Assembly: GCA_964588985.1 (NCBI GenBank)
Contig: CAZPQW010000017.1
Location: 9,772 to 73,771 of the forward strand
Source: an uncultured Solirubrobacteraceae bacterium
Lineage (GTDB): Bacteria; Actinomycetota; Thermoleophilia; Solirubrobacterales; Solirubrobacteraceae
Direction of reading: 5' to 3'
Length of the DNA stretch: 64,000 nt
Part shown: in pieces, positions 59,357-64,000 of the stretch
Position numbering within the stretch: the first letter of the stretch is position 1
Layout of the letters: the number at the start of each line of letters is the position of its first letter
Notes under the pieces: generated by a model
Told to the model about the DNA's origin: nothing
Databases searched by the model: none
The model's input: the letters and a program-made list of their open reading frames with translations, nothing else
Translations under genes and position numbers: made by a program

Positions 59357-59557
59357 AAGAACACGCCCCAGTTCGTCACTGAGAGCCCGCCAGGTGTCCT
59401 CCGGCGAGAGGCGGTCGGTCTTATAGACCGGGAGTCCTCGTTGTCGCGGTGACGCGGGTGCCTAGATTCGTCCACCAACCGAGGATGCCAAGCGATGCGG
59501 ACCCCTGGCGCATTCGGCACGCGACGGCTCGTGCCGGGGTTCGCGCACAGGCAAAAA

Positions 59558-59630
59558 TGGAGCTAGTCGGGATCGAACCGACGACCTCCGCCATGCCATG
59601 GCGGCGCTCTCCCAGCTGAGCTATAGCCCC
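59558..59630 (-). tRNA. tRNA-Ala(GGC)
   Basis: GGGGCTATAGCTCAGCTGGGAGAGCG...TGGCA...GGTTCGATCCC...TAGCTCCA; G3:U70 pair; CCA not encoded. Confidence 0.97.
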
Positions 59631-59690
59631 AAGCGCCCTCATCCTAGCGCCCGCCGGTCCGCCGTTCCATGACGGCGCCTCCGGTCGCGC

Positions 59691-60131
59691 CTACGCCCAA
59701 TGCCGCCCCAGCGACGCGGCAAGCTCGTAGTCCCGCGCCCACCGCACGCCCGAGGCCTGGTTGTTGCCGGTCGGCTCAAGGCGGAGGCTGATCGTGCTGT
59801 GGCCTTCGACCTCCGCGACCGGGATCAGGTAGCACCCGTCGGTGTCCGGTGCGTAAACGGCGAGGGCGTCGATCTCATGGGCGGAGTACGTGCTGCGGAC
59901 ATAGCCGGCGGGCGTGTGGCGACTCGTGATGCAGCGGGCGCTGAGGACGTTGCCGACGCGAGACGCCCACTTGCACTGCACGCGGAGCAGTCGCGAGCCG
60001 GTGTCGAGCACAAGGTCGTACCGGCCGCCCTCGCAGAGGGGCCGCAGGACGACGAGATCGAGGTGGATGGCGGCTGCCGCGATCTCCGCCTCCGCGACGG
60101 CGCCCTTCCGAGAACTGCTCAGCTCTGGCAT
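59691..60131 (-). CDS. Group I intron-associated-type PD-(D/E)XK endonuclease
   Basis: KGAVAE, RYDLV, RVQCK, YSAHEIDALAVY, CYLIP; I-Ssp6803I-like pattern. Confidence 0.8.
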   Translation of the reverse strand: MPELSSSRKGAVAEAEIAAAAIHLDLVVLRPLCEGGRYDLVLDTGSRLLRVQCKWASRVGNVLSARCITSRHTPAGYVRSTYSAHEIDALAVYAPDTDGCYLIPVAEVEGHSTISLRLEPTGNNQASGVRWARDYELAASLGRHWA

Positions 60132-60245
60132 GACTCCAAGCTAGCTGGAGCCGTGTGACCGGAGGCAGACCTTCGTGCCAAATCTGTGTCCTATACGAGT
60201 CAGACCCGTGACCTGACAGCCAGCGGCCGAGCCGCCGCCCTCAAC

Positions 60246-61301
60246 CTACCCCCGCGGCATGAACTCCGGCACGTCGAGATCCTCGCCGCTCGCCTTGCCC
60301 TTGCCCTTCGTGATCCGCCGCCCCTTGGCCGGAGCGTCCCCCTTGGCCGCAGGCTCGTCGCTGGCGACCTCGACCTGGTCCAGCCGTGCGGTCATCCCGC
60401 CGTGGGTGAGCTGGATGTCGCGCAGCAGCCGCTCGGCGTTGTTGCGAAGCGAGACGGACAGCTCGCGCATGTTGCGCGACACCTCGGTGCCCTCGGAGAG
60501 GACATCACGCGCGACGACGTGCGCCTCGCTGGTGATGTCGCGCGCTTCGGCGCGCGCCTGGGCCTTGATGTCGCGCGCCTGGGTCTCGGCCTCCTCGCCG
60601 AGGCGGGCGAGCTCCTCGCGCCGCGCGGTGAGCATGCGCTCGGTCTGCTCGCGGGTCTCCTCGGTGATCCGCTCGGCCTCGGCGCGCGAGCTGGTGAGCA
60701 GCTCCTCGGACTCGGCCTGCGCGGCGGCGCGCACCGCTTCGGACTCCTGGTGGGCGGCGGTGCGCACGGTGTGCGCCTCCTGGCTGGCTTCGGCGCGCAT
60801 CTGTTCGGATTCGGTCCTGGCCTCGGCGCGGACGAGCTCGGACTCGCGCTCGGCGGTGAGGCGCTGCTGCTCGGTCTCCTCGGCGGCGGTCTGGCGCAGC
60901 TGGGCGGACTCCTCGCGCGCATCTGTGAGCAGCTGGTCTGACTGCTCGCGCGCCTGCGACAGGATCTGCCCCGCCTCCTCGCGGTCGGTCTTCGCTTCGA
61001 GATGGAGCTTCGCGGCGGCCTCGGCGGCCCCGCTGGTGGTGGTCTCCGCCTGCGCGCGCGCGGTGGCGAGCAGCTCCTCGGCCTCGTCTTCGGCGGCCTG
61101 GACGCGGTTCTCGGCGGCGCGGTCGGCCTCGGCGATCCGCTCCCTGGAGCGCGCCTCGGCCTGCTCGCGCAGCTCCGCGGCGGCGTGTTCGGCGGCGCTG
61201 ACGATGCTGGCGACGCGACCGGGCGCGGCGCTCAGGGCGTCTGGATCGGCGTCGTACTCGTAGTGCGCCTCTTCGTACTCGTGAGCCTCCACTGACGCCA
61301 T
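60246..61301 (-). CDS. Coiled-coil protein (DivIVA/Scy-like repeats)
   Basis: 11-residue Ala/Glu/Arg periodicity; C-terminal LDVPEFMP. Confidence 0.7.
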   Translation of the reverse strand: MASVEAHEYEEAHYEYDADPDALSAAPGRVASIVSAAEHAAAELREQAEARSRERIAEADRAAENRVQAAEDEAEELLATARAQAETTTSGAAEAAAKLHLEAKTDREEAGQILSQAREQSDQLLTDAREESAQLRQTAAEETEQQRLTAERESELVRAEARTESEQMRAEASQEAHTVRTAAHQESEAVRAAAQAESEELLTSSRAEAERITEETREQTERMLTARREELARLGEEAETQARDIKAQARAEARDITSEAHVVARDVLSEGTEVSRNMRELSVSLRNNAERLLRDIQLTHGGMTARLDQVEVASDEPAAKGDAPAKGRRITKGKGKASGEDLDVPEFMPRG

Positions 61302-61450
61302 CGTAAACAGCTGGGAGGACCACCCGTCGCCAGCCACCCGCCCCGGCGCCGCAATCACCGGACGGAGATTGCCCAGCCACCACACTGCATGGCAGGAAAA
61401 GTGGGAAGTATGGCCTTGCGGACAGACGTCGACTGGGCGATGATCGACCG

Positions 61451-62491
61451 ATGGACAACCCCCGCTCCACCCGCCAGATCGCGATCCTCGTCTACCCGGG
61501 CGTCCAGAGCCTCGACGTGACCGGCCCGCTGGAGGTGTTCGCGGGCGCGGAGAGCCTGCTCGCGGCCACCGACCCCGCCGCCCGCGGCTACACCGTCCAG
61601 ATCCTGAGCAAGGACGGCGCGCCCCTCACAACCTCCAGCGGCCTCGCCATCACGCCCCACGCGGCGATCCACAACGCGCCCACCAAGATCGACACCCTCC
61701 TCGTCGCCGGCGGCGCGGGCCAGGCCGCGGCGTGCGCCGACACCGAGCTGCTCGACTGGATCGCCGCCACCTCCCGCACCGCGAGGCGCACGGCGTCCGT
61801 GTGCACGGGGGCGTTCCTGCTCGCCGCGGCGGGCCTGCTCGACGGCCGCCGCGCGACGACGCACTGGGCGTTCGCGGAGAAGCTCCAGCGCCAATACCCG
61901 GCCATCGAGGTGGACCCCGACCCGATCTTCGTGCGTGACGGCTCGCCCTCCGGCCCCGATGCGATCTGGACCTCGGCGGGCGTGACGGCGGGCATGGATC
62001 TGGCGCTGGCGCTGGTGGAGGAGGACCTCGACCGCGAGACGGCGCTGACGATCGCGCGCCACCTGGTGCTGTTCCTGCGCCGCCCGGGCAACCAGTCGCA
62101 GTTCAGCGCGACGCTCGGCTCCCAGCAGCCCGAGCGCGAGCCGCTGAGGGAGATCCAGCGCTCGGTGCTGGAGAACACGGCGGCGGACCACTCGGTGGAG
62201 GCGATGGCGGCGCGCGCACACATGAGCCCGCGCCACTTCGCGCGCGCGTTCCGCGCGGAGACGGGGATCACCCCGGCGCGCTACGTGGAGCGAGTGCGCC
62301 TGGAGGCCGCGCGCAGACGCCTCGAGGACACGGCCGAGCCGATCGCGCTGGTGGCGTCCTCGTGCGGCTTCGGCACGGCGGAGACGATGCGCCGCGCGTT
62401 CGTCCGCACCCTGAACGTGGCGCCCGCGGAGTACCGCCGCCGCTTCCACTCACAGCCACCCGAAGCCCAACCGACAAGGAGAGCCTCATGA
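61451..62491 (+). CDS. GlxA-family AraC regulator
   Basis: DJ-1-like domain (SVCTGAF, TTHW, TSAGV) plus AraC HTH. Confidence 0.92.
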   Translation: MDNPRSTRQIAILVYPGVQSLDVTGPLEVFAGAESLLAATDPAARGYTVQILSKDGAPLTTSSGLAITPHAAIHNAPTKIDTLLVAGGAGQAAACADTELLDWIAATSRTARRTASVCTGAFLLAAAGLLDGRRATTHWAFAEKLQRQYPAIEVDPDPIFVRDGSPSGPDAIWTSAGVTAGMDLALALVEEDLDRETALTIARHLVLFLRRPGNQSQFSATLGSQQPEREPLREIQRSVLENTAADHSVEAMAARAHMSPRHFARAFRAETGITPARYVERVRLEAARRRLEDTAEPIALVASSCGFGTAETMRRAFVRTLNVAPAEYRRRFHSQPPEAQPTRRAS

Positions 62492-63132
62492 ACATCGCGA
62501 TCGTCCTCTACGACCGCTTCACCGCGCTCGACGCGATCGGCCCGTACGAGGTGCTGAGCCGCCTGCCGGGGGCGAGCGTGAAGTTCGTGGCCCCGCAGCC
62601 CGGCCCGGTGCGCACGGACAACGACATGCTGACGCTGCTGGCGGAGCATTCGCTCGAGGACGTGCCCCACCCCGACATCGTGCTCGTGCCCGGTGGCCCG
62701 GGCGAGGTCGCCGAGCGCGCGGGCGGCGCGACGCTCGAGTGGCTGCGCGAGGCCCACGAGACGAGCACGTGGACCACGTCGGTCTGCACTGGGTCGCTGA
62801 TCCTTGCCGCGGCGGGGCTGCTGGACGGCAGGCGTGCGACCACCCACTGGCTTGCATTTGATGAGTTGGAGCGGTTGGGTGCGCTGCCTGTGCACGAGCG
62901 GGTGGTGTTCGACGGCAAGCTGGTGAGCGCGGCGGGCGTTTCCGCGGGGATCGACATGGCGCTGGCGCTGGCGGCGAGGGTCGCGAACGACACCGTTGCG
63001 CAGGCGATTCAGCTGGGGATCGAGTACGACCCGCAGCCGCCGTTCGACGCGGGCTCGCCGGAGAAGGCGCCGCAGGCGGTGGTCGAGGCGCTGCGCGCCC
63101 GCTCGCGCTTCATCATGGAGAGCGCCTCGTAG
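62488..63132 (+). CDS. DJ-1/PfpI-family protein (isonitrile hydratase-like)
   Basis: TALDAIGPYEV, SVCTGS, AAGVSAGID, IEYDPQPPFDAG. Confidence 0.9.
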   Translation: MNIAIVLYDRFTALDAIGPYEVLSRLPGASVKFVAPQPGPVRTDNDMLTLLAEHSLEDVPHPDIVLVPGGPGEVAERAGGATLEWLREAHETSTWTTSVCTGSLILAAAGLLDGRRATTHWLAFDELERLGALPVHERVVFDGKLVSAAGVSAGIDMALALAARVANDTVAQAIQLGIEYDPQPPFDAGSPEKAPQAVVEALRARSRFIMESAS

Positions 63133-63171
63133 CGCGTTTCCTCGCAGGGGGACCGCTAACCTGCGGTCCCC

Positions 63172-64000
63172 ATGGCCGACCATCGCTACGACCCGCATGA
63201 GATCGAGCCCCGCTGGCAGGCGGTGTGGGCCTCCGAGCACACGTGGGAGGTCTCCAACGACGGCGGCCAGGCGGGCGGGCGGGCGGCTGGCACGTACGTG
63301 CTGGAGATGCTCCCGTACCCGAGCGGCGAGCCCCACATCGGCCACCTGAAGTGCTACGCGGTGGGCGACGCGATCGCCCATTACCGCCGCCGCCTCGGCG
63401 ACCGGGTGCTTCACCCGATGGGCTACGACGCGTTCGGCCTTCCGGCTGAGAATCACGCGATCAAAACGGGCGTGCACCCGCGCGTGTCGACTGCGGAGTC
63501 GATCGCGTCGTTCCAGCGCCAGTTCCGCGCGTGGGGGATCTCGATCGACTGGTCGCGGGAGATCGCGACGCACGAACCGTCCTACTACCGCTGGACGCAG
63601 TGGATCTTCCTGGAGCTGTTCCGCGCGGGCCTCGCCTACCGCAAGGAGGCGGCGGTGAAGTGGTGCCCGAAAGACCAGACGGTGCTGGCGAACGAGCAGG
63701 TGGACGCGGAGGGGCACTGCGAGCGCTGCGGGGCGCTGGTGGAAGTGCGTCAGCTGGAGCAGTGGTTCCTGCGCATCACCGACTACGCCGAGCGCCTGCT
63801 GGGTGACCTCGACTCGATCGAGTGGCCCTCGAACGTGAAGACGATGCAGCGCAACTGGATCGGGCGCAGCGAGGGCGCGGAGGTGACTTTCCGCTGTGAG
63901 GATTTGGATCCCGCCCACCCGGTGGACTACCCGGTGTTCACCACCCGCCCGGACACGCTGTTCGGGGCGACGTTCTTCGTGATGGCGCCGGAGCACCCCG
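63172..64000 (+). CDS. leuS: Leucine--tRNA ligase (5' part)
   Basis: Not in ORF track; [47 protein letters not shown]. Confidence 0.96.
   Translation, partial: MADHRYDPHEIEPRWQAVWASEHTWEVSNDGGQAGGRAAGTYVLEMLPYPSGEPHIGHLKCYAVGDAIAHYRRRLGDRVLHPMGYDAFGLPAENHAIKTGVHPRVSTAESIASFQRQFRAWGISIDWSREIATHEPSYYRWTQWIFLELFRAGLAYRKEAAVKWCPKDQTVLANEQVDAEGHCERCGALVEVRQLEQWFLRITDYAERLLGDLDSIEWPSNVKTMQRNWIGRSEGAEVTFRCEDLDPAHPVDYPVFTTRPDTLFGATFFVMAPEHP

Noticed and set aside
59631-60180. Group I intron around the endonuclease
   Set aside because: The tRNA is uninterrupted and the flanks are too short for a ribozyme core
62281-63996. Long antisense and alternate-frame ORFs (also 8600-9868, 9914-11434, 31776-34058, 44180-46201)
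   Set aside because: Shadow ORFs of well-supported genes, expected in high-GC DNA

Overview
High-GC actinobacterial chromosome segment; gene content and apparently leaderless starts suggest Thermoleophilia/Solirubrobacterales (inference). The core backbone (obgE-proB-proA-nadD-rsfS, tRNA-Ala(GGC), 5' part of leuS) is interspersed with accessory DNA. The main feature is a 9,692-bp integrative element (12720-22411) inserted by a large serine recombinase into an ltrA-family gene. Its att sites can be reconstructed and excision restores the reading frame. It carries a helicase with no recognisable primase domain, a 12-copy iteron array, terminase-small-subunit-like and scaffold-like ORFs, no recognisable capsid gene, and an unexplained run of back-to-back hairpins, so it looks like a phage satellite. 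A second candidate system is an apbE + ferric-reductase-like operon whose two exported partners lack an FMN-binding domain but carry a repeated [TS]-[RK]-x-S-G motif. Also present: five toxin-antitoxin-like modules (DarTG, HTH+nucleotidyltransferase, HipBA, VapBC, Fic/Doc), a free-standing PD-(D/E)XK endonuclease beside the tRNA, a nadD with no canonical start codon, and several pseudogenes. All family calls come from motif recognition by eye; no searches were run.
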